NCBI RefSeq assembly: GCF_006345805.1
Contig: NC_043012.1
Location: forward strand, 47,492,001-47,556,000
Source of the DNA: Octopus sinensis
Lineage: Eukaryota
DNA: 64,000 nt
Direction of reading: 5' to 3'
Within the stretch, counting starts at the first letter, position 1. Each line of letters starts with the position of its first letter. Shown piece after piece: positions 40,430 to 54,346 of this stretch. The translations under genes were made by a program, and so were the position numbers. The notes beneath the pieces were generated by a model that was not told where the DNA came from, did not search any database, and saw nothing but the letters and a program-made list of their open reading frames with translations.

Positions 40430-41432
40430 GTCAGCTGACTGTACTCGAGATTGCTCCAATCTGGCCAACCCCAAGGAAAAACGAGGCTAAGATCATTAGA
40501 TTCTTTGGAAGAAAGCAGCGAATGTATGCGAAAACAAGGACGAAAAAATAAACGGAGAATGTTACACAAATACAATAAAAAAAATAATGACAGGACATAA
40601 CAACCAGTGTCTTTCGACTAAGGACGAATTAAATTAAGCTGCCGTGTGTGGAAATAAAGCCTTGCAGCAGGGATACAAGATTTCACAGGCACAGGGAGGA
40701 ATATCGATATTGCACGGACGACGGCCGGACTGAGAAAGAAAGATCAAGCTTAGCCGAACACCGGTCATGTGGGGAGAAAAGAGAGAGATGTAGAAGCAAA
40801 GGGACAGAAGAATTAAGGAGGGGTTAGAAAATGACATGGACACAGTGAAGTGAAAAGTAGAGGGAAAGTGAGCAAGAAGAGATGGCAAGGAAATGTGCGA
40901 GTGGGGAAACGAAAGAACGGAGAGTGGAATGAAGGAATAGGTGTGAAAGGGCTGATAGACAGAAATAAAATCGTACAAGATTTAGAAAGATGTATACTTA
41001 CATATAAGAGACCAAAGTGTACGTTATCCGCTATATATATATATAGATATATAGATATATAGATATATATACATATATATATATATCGATAGATAGATAT
41101 ATAGCTTGATTGATTGATGGATACAAAATGGGACAAGAACGCAAAACATCCAGACAGTTAGATGATACAAAAATGGGACAACAAAACATCCAGATAGACG
41201 ATACAAAGAAAACATGGACGGGTTATTTGGAGTTTTCTTTCCACTGTCGAGTACCAGATTATCTTCGCAATTTCGGCTGATTATCCTCGAGATTGCTCCA
41301 ATCTGGCCAGCCCCGAGGAAAAACTAAGATAAGTGCATTAGATTCCTTGGTAGAAAACAGCGATTATATACGAAAACAAGGACGGAATAAAAACGGAGAA
41401 TGTTACAAAAATACAAAAAAATAATTACAGGA
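40430..41432. mobile_element. Two related copies of an unclassified repeat (~150-bp direct repeat 40443-40595 / 41285-41432) separated by (TA)n
   Basis: ctcgagattgctccaatctggcca.cccc.aggaaaaac...cattagatt...gaaaacaaggacg...aacggagaatgttaca occurs in both. Confidence 0.7.
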
Positions 41433-41705
41433 TATATATAGAAACGTCACACTGTAAAAGATTATTTATTTCATACACGATATCCAGATTATTTCGATTT
41501 TATCACCGACCTACAATTCCCCTCTCTTTTGATATTACCAGGATTGCATGTAGGGTTCGAACTCGGTCACTTTTCGTGAACATGGTAATGCTCCTGAAAT
41601 CATCTTTACGAAAAGCATTGATGCAGAGTCAAAATGTTGACTCAATACATATAAAAATGCATCAAAATTTTCCAGCCTGTCATTCCTTTTTCGAACGCAG
41701 GAAGC

Positions 41706-42500
41706 ATGCTAAGACTGACACGAAATCAGAGAGAGAAGGCCATCAGTTGTCTCCCTTGCTGGTTAATATCCCTCGCTCATTGCTAATGACTTGAACTGCT
41801 GTATTCGGACAACTGAGCGGCAGAGGGAACGATACAATGCCACACACGGTTCGAGAGATCGTCCACACAGTGGCTGAGCGAGGGTTACAATGGCTTGTCA
41901 GGATCGCCACCTGCAGCGACAACACTTGCAGGAACGATTCCGGAGGCCAACGGAATCAGCTAGGCAGACCATAGGGAGTGGCCACAGAGAGTTCACCGCT
42001 AGTCGAGATTTTTCAACCTGTCTTGTCGACATCCGGCTTGGGGCCCCATCCTCACAGATCGCCATCGACGGGCATATCGGCAATAGGCTCAAAAACGTCA
42101 AAACTGGCGATATCAGCAGTGGAGGACGGCAGTCTTCTCTGACGAATGTCGATTTAGCATTTCTGTGGCAGGTGGCAGAGCTAGGCTTTGGAGAAAACGG
42201 GGTGAACGTCATCCCGATGGCTTTGTGGTGGAGAGAAACTCATGAAGAGGACAGAGCATCATGGTGCGGGATGGGATTGCACTCAACCAGAGACTTGGAT
42301 CGGTGGCGTTCCAAAACATTGAGGCCAAACATTATAAAATATTGGTGCATTCAATGTACATAAAATTCCTAGCGGTAATCAATGCTAACGGGGGTCACAT
42401 GATATATTGAATTCATCTCTTTCAATCCAAGACACTCCGTCACCACGTGACACACTGCGACTTCAAACATATTTCAGGAAATGACGTTTCATCATGGAAG
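41706..42500 (+). pseudogene. Tc1 transposase pseudogene (second Tc1 family)
   Basis: MLRLTRNQREKAI / RDRPHSG*ARVTMACQDRHLQRQHLQERF / GPILTDRHRRAYRQ*A...WRYQQWRTAVFSDECRF...RLWRKRGER...RGQSIMV: HTH region and first catalytic D (FSDE). Frameshifts and stops. Confidence 0.85.
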
Positions 42501-42660
42501 AACGGTTTCTTAGCACTCTTTGATGCTATGGTAGTCTGCTAATAAATCAGTTTGTGTTTAGTATTTGTGCGACGTTTTGATTTTTGTTGTTCAGTATGTG
42601 TATGTATGTAGGTATATATATATATATGCATGCATGTATGTGTATATATATATTCATGTA

Positions 42661-42741
<81 letters not shown>

Positions 42742-42994
42742 TAGATAGATAGATAGATAGATAGATCGATAGATAGATAAATACATACATATAGATATTA
42801 CATCGCATACACTATATATTAAATATATTGCATATGTATATATAGGTATGTATGCGTATAGAGGCAATGGTAAGAAAGAGTGTGGGCGCGTAGGAGAAGT
42901 AGAGGGAGATTGCAGATGAAGAGATAGAGAGCGATCGAGAAAGACAAAGCAACAACGGTGATTAACTATTATCTTGATCAGAAATAATATATAC

Positions 42995-43041
<47 letters not shown>

Positions 43042-44004
43042 GATATATATATATATATATAACTTCCAGAAAATGTGACTTAATTGATTACACCGATAGA
43101 TTTCATCTGAATGTGCAGAAGATCAGATATTACATTTGCTAGCAGGCAAGTAACATTGCATTACCCTTGTCACTGAAAGCTATCTCACTCTCTAATTCAA
43201 AACTCTAATGCGTCTTATTCTGATATTAAGACTAAATGTTTGAAGTATGCCGTATTTTATAAAAAGACCAACGTACTGAAATATTTCTGTATACATTAAA
43301 AGAGTAGCATCTGATAAACATGTAACAGTCTGTGTTGGTAAAAAGTAATGTAAAACAATATACAATGAAATATATTCTTCCTCGTAGCATACATTTAATT
43401 CAATTGTTTGATGTTTTTGAATTTTCTGTTTTGTTTACCCAATGCAAGTCAGTGAATCTGTTAAAAGTAAAGCTTAAATGTGTTCGAATATTTCTCAGGC
43501 TCTCAAACTTGAAACCTTATACCGTCTCTACTCCTATATCAATTTCCATCAGATAACTTCCAAAAGGAAAGTTTCTATACAATACATGTATATTATATAC
43601 TGAATAACATTTAAAATTATATGTTAATCAGATTCTATATTACTTTTGTTTACCACTTAGCTACAGTTCGATATTAAAAAATTGGTCGAATAGATAAGGT
43701 TTCATAGACATTATCGTAAGTGGTAAGACGTCATTACCTGTTAGAGTGTCTTGATGAATCTCACATAATGGCCCTAAACATACATACATACATACATACA
43801 TATATACATACATAGATGCATGCATACATGCATACACACATACATACAAACATACATACACGTACATACATACATAAACCCATCTATGTACGTATGTGCA
43901 TATATATATATGTATGCATATATATGTATGTATATATGCATCTCTCTCTCTCTCTATATATATATATTATATATATACATACAAATATACATATATACAT
44001 ATAT

Positions 44005-44089
<85 letters not shown>

Positions 44090-47000
44090 ATAGATATAGA
44101 TACATACATAGATACATACATAAATACATAGACAGAGGCAGATGAATAAGAACATTCATAAATACATACAGACACCTAAGATAATTTTTGGTGCGTTTAT
44201 ATTATTGTTTCAATACGACAAAGTAGCAGAGAATATTCTTATGGATGTTTGTCACTATTGAATACGGCAGCTTATAAAAAGTGTCTTTCTATAACTAATA
44301 ACTTTCTAGGAACGGAAATGACTCGTCAGCTAGAATACTTTCAATGTTGTGTGCCTATTTCATCAGCAAACTCTTACCATATTTAACTGCTCAGGGAATA
44401 TTTGTACTTGTTTATTCAGAACCAAAAGTTTAAATCGCTTATACCGATTATACATATCACGAACTCATTTCTATAGTACAGTAATCTACTGTCAAGTACA
44501 TACTGTACTATATGTATATGTGTGTGTGTGTGTGTAGATAAATATGCATATCCTGAGTATAAATTTAAATTGCATGGGGTTAGTTGGGCTCTGGTTTGGG
44601 ACTTTCAGGGTGGTGAGGAGTGTGGAACCACTTCTTATTATAGTTCACAGATCTACTCTTCACAAGTCGTTAGCGTCCCAGCTATGGGTTAACTAGAATA
44701 TGAACCGATGGGAGTGAATGTCTTCTACTTCTCGTTAGGCTTCCTTCTAAATGAAGATAAACTCGTAAGCAAAAGCCCCAAATGTGCAGATGGTTTCTGG
44801 TTGTCTCAACCACTGTTTTGCAACTCATTGTATAATTGATTGCGCTGGAATGTAGGTTTCGTGCTGTATAACACTTTATCCACTGAAGGTGAATTCATAT
44901 ACAGAAACATCTTGGACTCCGGAACGTTTGCACAGACTTACTGGGTCCCGGAAATTTTAGGTCTCAGATGTGATTTCACTACCACCATACCTGTGTGTGT
45001 CAATAAAACGAGTTAAGAACATTAACTCAGTTTGGCTGATGGCATGTCTTTGAAACTAAAAACGGTTTAGGATGTGTTATGTACTATGTAAAGTAAATTA
45101 TTGGTCTGAAGTAATTATTTACGTTCCCACAGAAGTAACACGAATTGCATGTTTGTAACTGCGATTAATTCCATATTGAAGACAACGATAATTTCAAGGG
45201 TCAAGAATTTTCCAAAACTGATATGTCACCGCAGATGTTGCATGTCACTGAAATGGCATTGAAATATTAAGGAAATGTCACCAGCAGAACCAAAGATGCC
45301 ACCGCGGAAAATTCTTGTTTTCTTAATTTTCACCAATCGAAGATATCCAAGTCAGATGATGTGTCATTTTTTTTCTTATTCTAAATCTCTTTATGCTGTT
45401 AGCCATAAATATTATCCTAAATACTAAACTGTTCTTCTTCTATGGATTCCCATTTCTTCCTAAAATGCTGAGATGTTATCATATTCGAATCATTCTTTAG
45501 CGTTGAAACTCAACCTCATGCTTAAACAGGGCATAAATCAAGTTTTCGTTCTGCATTATTCCAGAGGGAACAAGTATTGTCATAAGCATTCAAGATTCAT
45601 TTCGATTAAACCGGTACTTGTGTGCAATTCTTACACCGTAACCGAGGAGTAGCAACAATCCCGTAAATGCATCTCTTTAACTGCTCCACCCGTGAGGTTG
45701 AACACTCATCAGAAAATATCTTAAACGATTCCTCATTCTTCTGTATGTCGTCTTACAAAAGTGATGACATGAAAATAGTGTCTTCACTTCATATTTCTAG
45801 CTTCATTGATTCACATTTGTACATTGAAGCATTTATCCTCTTTTTAATTTTGTGTTCTTCATTAGTCACACAGAAGTTTTGGATTGATTATCAGTCTTCA
45901 TCGTTTATGTTTCTTCATGTTAAACATCAGTTACTTTTATTTAAGATAGTTCAGCTCAGTTGTTTGTAAATTACATCTCCTTCCTAAGCTTCTTCAACAA
46001 ATATTTGAGTCAAATCTCTCCGCTGAAGACAATGATTACTGTTTTCATAGATATGATGAGCGTGCTCCCCTCTGTTATCATATCCACGAAATAAGTAATT
46101 TACCCTTGAGTTTACCTAAGTGGACATTTTTCATGTACTATACATCCCTTGTTATTTTGCTAACAGAAACCACCAATGTCAGCATTAATTGCTTCTTCGT
46201 ACATTCTATTTCCTCCAACATCTTTCCAATTTAGGACTGGATTTTTCGTATTAGTTAGCTATTCACACATTTCATTGAAAACAATTGTGTCCGCATATTT
46301 CTTAAAGTTATGCAATACTGACCAGCAGATAGAGCTCTCAGATTTACAAATCTAGAAAAGACAAACACGACCAATTTTAAAGTTCAGAACAATAAATCGG
46401 TTTCGTTAAGTCTGGGTCTTGAAGCAGAAGCATGAGAATGTATGCTTAAATATAGAGTCAATCACCTTTAGCAACTCGTATTTTAAGAGGTGACTTTAGT
46501 ACATTTCATGACTTTACTGCTGCATAAATATCTGAGTAGAAACACTTAATAGATTTAACACTATTGACCAAAGCGTTAACAGTATCACTCAGTGCTCGTA
46601 GAAACTTTCGTAACCAGATCTTAGACGAATACACGCAGAGTTTAACATTGCTATTTGAGCTGTGTTCGGTTTAAGATTGAATTAAATAAAACAGTTCAAT
46701 GTTGACGAATGATTTGTATATGATCAAATTCTGCGACGAAATTACTATTAATGAAGTCTCTGGTAAAGTATCTACAGGACTTGCAGGCAAATCAGGCAAA
46801 TTGCCTTAGGTACTTTGATGATCAACATAGTTTTACTCATCTCATCGATACGATTGTTAGTTGATCCTTTTTATTGTTTTTAGAAATTTAGATAATATTT
46901 AAAAGATAATAGGTGTGGACACACATATATAAATTACTATCGGAGGTTACTCTACTAAATTCGCCCTCGAATACAAATTGTACCACCGAAAGCTGTTCAT

Positions 47001-47623
47001 AGAAAAGTTTTTCTCGTTTTCTCTTTTACTATAACTTTACAATAATAAATCACCACGTTTTAGTCGATACCTTAAATTCTTATTGTGTGTAAAAAAGAGA
47101 TATAAATCACACATCCGCAATTTATTTCAGAATTCTTCAACGTGTTATTAATTACGAACGCTTTATTTCAAGTAAACAAAACGTGCATGTGTTCTGTTAT
47201 GTAATTACACATAGATTATATTTGGAGAAAGATGAAATTGCTACAGCTCAACCACCTTTGAATATTGACTACGTCTTTCACAGTTAACCTTGTTGTGCTC
47301 CTTAATAACAGCAACGGAGAGAGGTGGAATATTTAATAACAGGCCTGAATGGATATTAACGGATCTAGAGATATTTTTCCTTAATAACAAACATGACAGA
47401 ATAATAACAGAGTACAGAGATTTTGGTCAGATTCATAGATGAGTGCTCAACCTGAACCTTAATATGAAAACAGCTGAGTATTCCACACTTATGAATATTC
47501 TAAAAGCTTTTCTCCAGTAAAGTCAGCTTGACACGGCGTAACTACGATGGATCTTTCAATTACAGATACCCTCTATTTGTTCGTTTTCTGCATAGTTAGT
47601 ATGTGCAGAGTTTCACTCAAATA

Positions 47624-48530
47624 CGAAACGGTATCAGATCGTTCCCGGACAAGTTCTGCTGTGCGCGGTTGCATGAGCAGTGATGGCTGGCAGTGAGATT
47701 CATGAGAAGGTGTAACGACTGACATTGCTGTCTTTACTTCGCATGTAGTGAAATTTGTGTTTTTGTAAAGTCTGCATTACTCTTGAAAAGCCTGCTACAG
47801 AGACATTGAAGGTGCTTCGTTAAGCTTACGGCGACGAGGCAATGGGTCGTACGCAAGGTTTCGAGTGGCTAGGCACTTCAAAAGCGGAAGAACGTCCCTG
47901 GAAGACGATGAGCGGTCTGAATGACCAGCTACGAGTGTTGACCTCAGAAATATAGAAAAAATTCATCAGATTGTGCATAAGAATTGCCTGAGGACAATCA
48001 AAAACGATCGCCACCTGCGGAGATTTGGCATTATGCATCGGTAATTCGTCCCCGAGGGCCAGACCGTCAAATGAGAGTTATTCTGCGTCGTTTTGAAGCA
48101 TGTGATGGAGGATATTCGGAGAAAGTGATAGGAGTGCAAATCAGTGGATTGTACATAACGACAATGCAACCTGTCACTCACCTATCCTCACTTGTGATTT
48201 TCTCTCCAATAACAACGAGCTATCCCTTTTGAACGCGTCCTATTTGCCAGATTTATCACTAGCAGGCTGCTGTCACTTCTCCCAAGATGAAAAGGCAGCT
48301 CAAAGGTCACTGTTTTAACATGGTTTTGTCATGATCCAGAGTGAATCGCAGAAGGTGTTCCATTTATGGAAAACGATTTCCAAGCCGGATTCCAAAAGTG
48401 GCAGGAACGCTGGAACCGGTGTATTGCTGGGCAATGTGTCTATTTCGAATGAAATGATATTAAAACTTAGGTAATTAAGGATTTTCGTTTTGAAACATAA
48501 TTAGTCCTTGAAAATTTTGATAACACCTCG
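47624..48530 (+). mobile_element. Internally deleted mariner element with degenerate TIRs and TA TSDs
   Basis: ta|cgaaacggtatcagatcgttcccggac ... gtccttgaaaattttgataacacctcg|ta. Translation LEKPATETLKVLR*AYGDEAMGRTQGFEW/HFKSGRTSLEDDERS, LYITTMQP (HxDNAP relic), YLPDLSLAG (YSPDLAP relic), FQKWQERWNRCI. Confidence 0.85.
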
Positions 48531-49831
48531 TAGCTTCGGTGGACTGAATTACTTTTATTTTTGTCTTAGAAAGTCCTAAACAAAACGGTATGCCGCTTGG
48601 TGAAAGGCGATATGAAGAAAGAAAAATTAAGGCGAAAGGACTAAATTTAATTTAGCTTCAAAGAGTACGTGTCACAAGAGTGAGGAAAACAATGATTTGG
48701 AAGAAAAGTTTCAAAGTCTGACAACTACGACTGTAGAAAGATTTCTTTACTTGTGGAAGCACAACAGCATTTTGATGCATACACTGTGAGTTTTGAGTTA
48801 GGTGAGATTGCACAAATTGTTCCGGGACAAGTGAGAGAAAGAGCACTATTAAACAATAGATAAAACTAAGACTGGCGACAGAATTGCCAAGCAAAACATT
48901 TTGACATTTGACCTCATAACTGCAAAGCAAATTTCTTAACATTCTTGAAACGCTATTTTAAATTATCTATCAGATTTAAACAAGTAAAGTACAATTAATT
49001 GGAGGTAACATTGGGATTAATGTGCTGCTGAGCTGCAAAATATCAATTACATGTGATAGGAGACTATAATCATAGAAGGATAAATTTGGGGAACCACAAA
49101 ATAACATGAAAACCTTGGTGTTTATTTCTAAAAGCGCAGCTGAATATGCAGTCGTAGTCAAAACATTTCAAGTCATGACTATCACATCATATTCATTCAG
49201 ACGAAGGGGATTGCAAGTCAAAAAAGGAATTTTGTCTGGTCAATCGACCTGGTTGAAATAGTAGTCAGAAACTTAGGAACACAGAAATGTGTTTTCGTTT
49301 TCTTTTTTTAATTAGGAAGCATCTGATGGCAAGGAAAACACGTAGGACATCTATCATTTCAAATACCTCATGTCCACAATGAAAGCTTCTGTGTTCAACT
49401 CAATGGGCAGGCCGTAAAATTAATTAAAGTGATATAAATACATTTAAAAAATATCATTTCATTACTAAGATGTTTAGAAATTTAAATTATAAAAAAATTC
49501 ATAAATAAGTATACATAAAAATAAATCAGTAAATACATAATTAAATAAAATAGGAAATCTTTAATAGCTTTAAGTAATTAAAGAAGTAATTCAGTTCAAG
49601 AAATTAATTGCATTTGCAGCAGTCTTTTCACAATACTACACATAACATTTAATTAATACGTTTGATCTGTTACAGTAAATATAATAGTCATTAATATGAT
49701 AGATATAGCATCCACACACACACCCAAACACTCGCATATGATATATAAGTACACACACGCTTATACATACAAACACAAATATACATATGTATGTCTGTGT
49801 ATATATATATATATGTATATATATATGTATA

Positions 49832-49874
<43 letters not shown>

Positions 49875-49968
49875 ATATATATGTATATATATGTATATAT
49901 ATATCTGTATATATGTATATATGTATATACATGTATATATATATATATATATATTAATGATGGTTTGC

Positions 49969-50007
<39 letters not shown>

Positions 50008-50760
50008 TGATGGTTTGCATATACATATATATGTATATAAATGTTTGTATACATGATACGTATATATCTATATTTGTATATATGATACATATGTGTATGT
50101 GTATGTGTGTGTGTGTTTATGTATATGAGGAGAGAGAGAGAGAAAGAGAAGTACGTAAGTGTAAGTATATATGGTATATCCGTATCAGCCACCGTGTGTG
50201 TAATTCTATATTACATTTTATGTACTTTTCAATAATGTTATTGCTTCTTTGATCTATATAGTTTATGATTGTTATAGATGTATCATATTTCATCGTAAGA
50301 TCCACGACACATCGTTTCATTGCAGACGTTATTATATATATATATATATTTCAACTTCATCTACACTCATACACATACGTACACACACATGAACACACAC
50401 AGACACACACATGCACACACACACAATCACACAAGCACGCACGAATTATGTAGACAGGAATCATCTTGTGTATGTATGTGTATGTAAAAAAAGGTGTATG
50501 TATATATGTATGTTTGTAGCTATATATTTAAGTATGTATATAATGATAGGAGGCAGTAATCTTCGATATCGCAACCAAAATTAAGAATCAGGACTGGATT
50601 CCATAATCCTGCCCACAGTCCTGTAGAATTCCACTCAGGGCACCAGCCTCGAAATAGCCTAAAGTGCGGAATACAAACGGAATAATGATGAGATAAATGC
50701 TTGACTGCATAAAGTTTCTAATGCTGTTATGTAATGTTTCCAGCATTTTGATGGGTAGAG

Positions 50761-51033
50761 AACCCTTTCGGTCACGAATGACCATGGGATTGCACCTACA
50801 AAGTTTCCCTCCGAGCTACAAGTCTGGCCAAGATTGCATTTCGTAGAAGACCAATAGTCGCCCATCCACACCGCCGATGTTATACAAGAGAAAGACAAAG
50901 GACAATACATTTCTACAGCTGAGTTAACTGAAGTGTTTTACTGAATAACACAAAACAGCCCGTTCCAGGAACCGAACTTATTACCTCATGATTGCGAGCC
51001 CATCGCTCGAACCAATGAGCCATGGGCCTTCAC
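50761..51033 (-). mobile_element. tRNA-derived SINE, family C
   Basis: Reverse-complement head gtgaaggcccatggctcattggttcgagcg..aagttcggttcctgg (A/B boxes), body actcagctgtagaaatg, tail ggtgcaatcccatggtcattcgtgaccgaaagggtt. Confidence 0.65.
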
Positions 51034-51173
51034 ATGAATTTACTATAAAGCTTTGAAAATCACACTTGTTTTCTACTTATTCGCTTAATATAAGTTTATG
51101 CACATTTATATAAGTATGTAAGAAAGTATATATGAATGTATATGTATTATATATTTTATAATACATATATATA

Positions 51174-51560
51174 GGCGCAGGAGTGTCTCCCTGGTAAGAA
51201 ACTGTCTTCCAAATCACATGGTTCCGGGTTCAATCCCACTGCGTGGCACCTTGGGCAAGTGTCTTCTGCTATAACCTTGTGCGACCAAAGCCTTGTAAGT
51301 CGATTTGGTAGACGGAAAAGGAAAGAAGCTCGTCGTATCTATACCTATATATTTATATATACATGTATGTATATATTTTTGTGTCTCTGTTTGTCACCCA
51401 CCATCGTTTGAGAACCGATTTTGGTGTGTTCATGTCCCCGTAACTTAGCGGTTCGTCAAAAGATTCGATAGAATAAGTACTAGGCTTACAAAAATATGTC
51501 CTGGGATCGATTTGTTCGACTAAAGGCGGTACTTCAGCATGGCCACACTCAAATTTCTAA
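51174..51560 (+). mobile_element. SINE family A, near full length
   Basis: ggcgcaggagtg..ggttccgggttcaatcccactgcgtggcaccttgggcaagtgtcttc...gatagaataagtactaggcttaca. Confidence 0.9.
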
Positions 51561-52007
51561 AACTGAACGCAGGTATTTTGGAACGATATTTTCGCATTGT
51601 GTCAGCACTTTTGTTTTTTTGTTTGCAACTTTTCAGTTACACTTTTCATGAGGAAATATGTATAGAGGATGTTGTTTTAATAGCATTATAGACTATTCTC
51701 AATTTAGGCTCAGAATTAGAATGCTTTTAAAGTATTCGTGTTTTGTTTTTCTGAGACGTTGATTTTCTACCTGTTTTTTAACAAAAGAAAAAAGATGTTT
51801 TGAAGTGTCTGTTTGCAGAACCGACTTGCTGTTGACAAGTTTGAACATTAAGTGATAAAAACATATAATTCATACTTATGTACCCATACTAATTTTGTAC
51901 AGATTTTCTAACCTTTTCACCGAAAGAATTTTCAATGCACTGTCACAGAATGAGGTGAAATAAAATGAGACTTTTGTTTAGAACATTTGCATTATTTATG
52001 GTGAGAT

Positions 52008-52205
52008 AAGGTGGCAATGTGGCAGAATTGTTAGCACGCCGAGCGATATGCTTACGTTCTGAGTTCAAATTCCGCCGAGGTCGAATTTGCCTTTCATCTT
52101 TTCGCGGTTTGTAAATTAAGTACCAGTTGCGCACTGGTGTCGATGTAATTGATTTATCTCCTTTCCTAAATTTCAGGTCTTGTGCCTATAGTAGACAGGA
52201 TTATT
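52008..52205 (+). mobile_element. SINE family B
   Basis: tggcagaattgttagcacgccg..acgttctgagttcaaattccgccgaggtcgaatttgcctttcatc..aattaagtaccag. Confidence 0.85.
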
Positions 52206-52410
52206 GACTGAGTTCTTCCCATTCTTTAATGTTTAGGTTTTCCCCTGTTTTGTTGTATTGCATGTTCCACTAGAAACGTCTTCCCTTTCTCTTAGCGGCA
52301 TCACTTCTGATTCTGGTGTGAATTTCGCCTTCGATAGAATTCTTTAAGTTTTGAGGGTTGGCTTCGGTTCTTTCATTAGATTTGTTTCAAGACATCACAC
52401 TTGCAGAAAT

Positions 52411-52780
52411 TTTAATCGAACGAATCAACCTCGGTACTTAGATTTTAAACTTGGTATCTAGTCGATCGGTCTCTTTGCCAAACCTCTACCTTATTTGAAC
52501 GTAAACACACCAACACCGGTTTTCAAGCGGTAGTGGGGACAAACGCAGACACAAGACACACACGTATAAATGAATGAATAAATAAATATATATGTGTGTG
52601 TGCGTGTGTGTGTGTGTGTGCGTGTGTGTGCGTGTGTGTGTGTCTGTGTGTGTGTGTACGAGGGACTTCTTTCAGTTCACGTTTGCCAAATTCACTGAGA
52701 AAGCTATGGGTGTCCAGAGGCTATAGCAGAAAACACTCATCCAAAGGTTCAACGTAGAGGGAAGGAACCCGGAACAACCT
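52411..52780 (-). mobile_element. SINE family A, diverged
   Basis: tcggtctctttgcc..acgtaaacacacc..ggggacaaac..cttctttcagtt..gaggctatagcagaa..gaacccggaac. Confidence 0.7.
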
Positions 52781-53287
52781 AAGACTACGCCTTGTTTATA
52801 ATTTGTGATTTATAGTTAGTTTTGAATATAGGTGTGGAATTAGAAGTTATCGTTTGGGCGAATGCACCATATTGTGCTTCTCAGATTAGGAGCGATGTCA
52901 AATAGAACATTTGTTAGTACCTTGTATTCGCCGTAATAGTTGACGTTTGTCTGTAAGAGAGATGCAGTTATCTGTTCTGCATTGGCTATGGTATGATTTA
53001 CTTATATTTTTAAAAATATGTTTGTATAAGAATGAATATTTTTAGTTCCACCGATCATCGCTCTCGACCATTTTAACCCACGACACGAATTAATGAGCAT
53101 GTACGGAAAGCCATATCAAATAGTACCTTTCTTTTAATACTGCATGCTTGCAAAGATCTAAAATGTAAGTACAGGGGAGAGTCCTCCTTGCAATAAATAT
53201 TGGTTGTAGCAGTCCCATTTTCCTGAAAATATACACATACGCACACTTACGAATATAAATGTGTGTGTATACCTATGTGCCTGCATG

Positions 53288-53288
<1 letters not shown>

Positions 53289-53322
<34 letters not shown>

Positions 53323-53331
53323 TGATGATAA

Positions 53332-53362
<31 letters not shown>

Positions 53363-53469
53363 AATAATGATAATAATAATGATAATAATAATGATAATAA
53401 TAATAATGGTAATAAAAATAATAATAATAATGATAATAATAATAATAATAATAATGATGATGATGATGC

Positions 53470-53521
<52 letters not shown>
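53289..53521. repeat. (AAT)n/(GAT)n microsatellite
   Basis: Directly visible. A second array lies at 53981-54078. Confidence 0.95.
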
Positions 53522-53523
<2 letters not shown>

Positions 53524-53980
53524 ATGTATATATGCATATATGTGTATCTTTCTTGCCATGCACGGACGTTTAAACCGGCGGACGGGTTTTTCTTTCTCTC
53601 TTCTATCCTTTCTCTTTCGAAAAAATGTTTCTCCCAGTGTTCATTATTTCCCACTCGTTCTGGACTAACGACCATCCATATTTGTTTTTTTTCTTTTCTT
53701 TTGCTTTCCTTGTATGAGTCCATTGCCATTTTTGTTCCCGAATTTGACCCCTCATAGATCCTAAGTTTTATTTTAGAATTTATGGGAACAAATGTCTTAG
53801 AAGACTTATATTGTCGTCGAATACTCGAAATGAGGAGTAGATAGACAACCGACAACTGATGAAGGGTCCTTTCTCTGCGTTAGCTTGTCCTGCTTTCCCT
53901 CTTTTTCTCGTTGTTAAAATATTTCATGTTATTTGCTTATTTAACCGTTGATGACGTATGTATATACATACACACACACC

Positions 53981-54015
<35 letters not shown>

Positions 54016-54029
54016 TAATAATAATAATA

Positions 54030-54079
<50 letters not shown>

Positions 54080-54230
54080 TCAACAAAAGAATGAAACCTA
54101 GATATTAGACAAATGGACGATTATTTGTGTATGTTATAGTTTAGAACAAACAGTAAAAGATTGTCGTTATAGTACTCGGATTTTCGATTATCGGAGCGAA
54201 GAGCTACGATGCCTTCTCGTTTTAATGGCC

Positions 54231-54273
<43 letters not shown>

Positions 54274-54306
54274 GTGTGTGTGTGTGCATGTGTGTGTGTA
54301 TATATG

Positions 54307-54346
<40 letters not shown>

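Noticed and set aside
41247-41316. HDV-like ribozyme reading of the minus strand (GCGAA before the final helix)
   Set aside because: No P3/L3 UCC or P1.1 GG at the required positions. Retained only as an unclassified structure.
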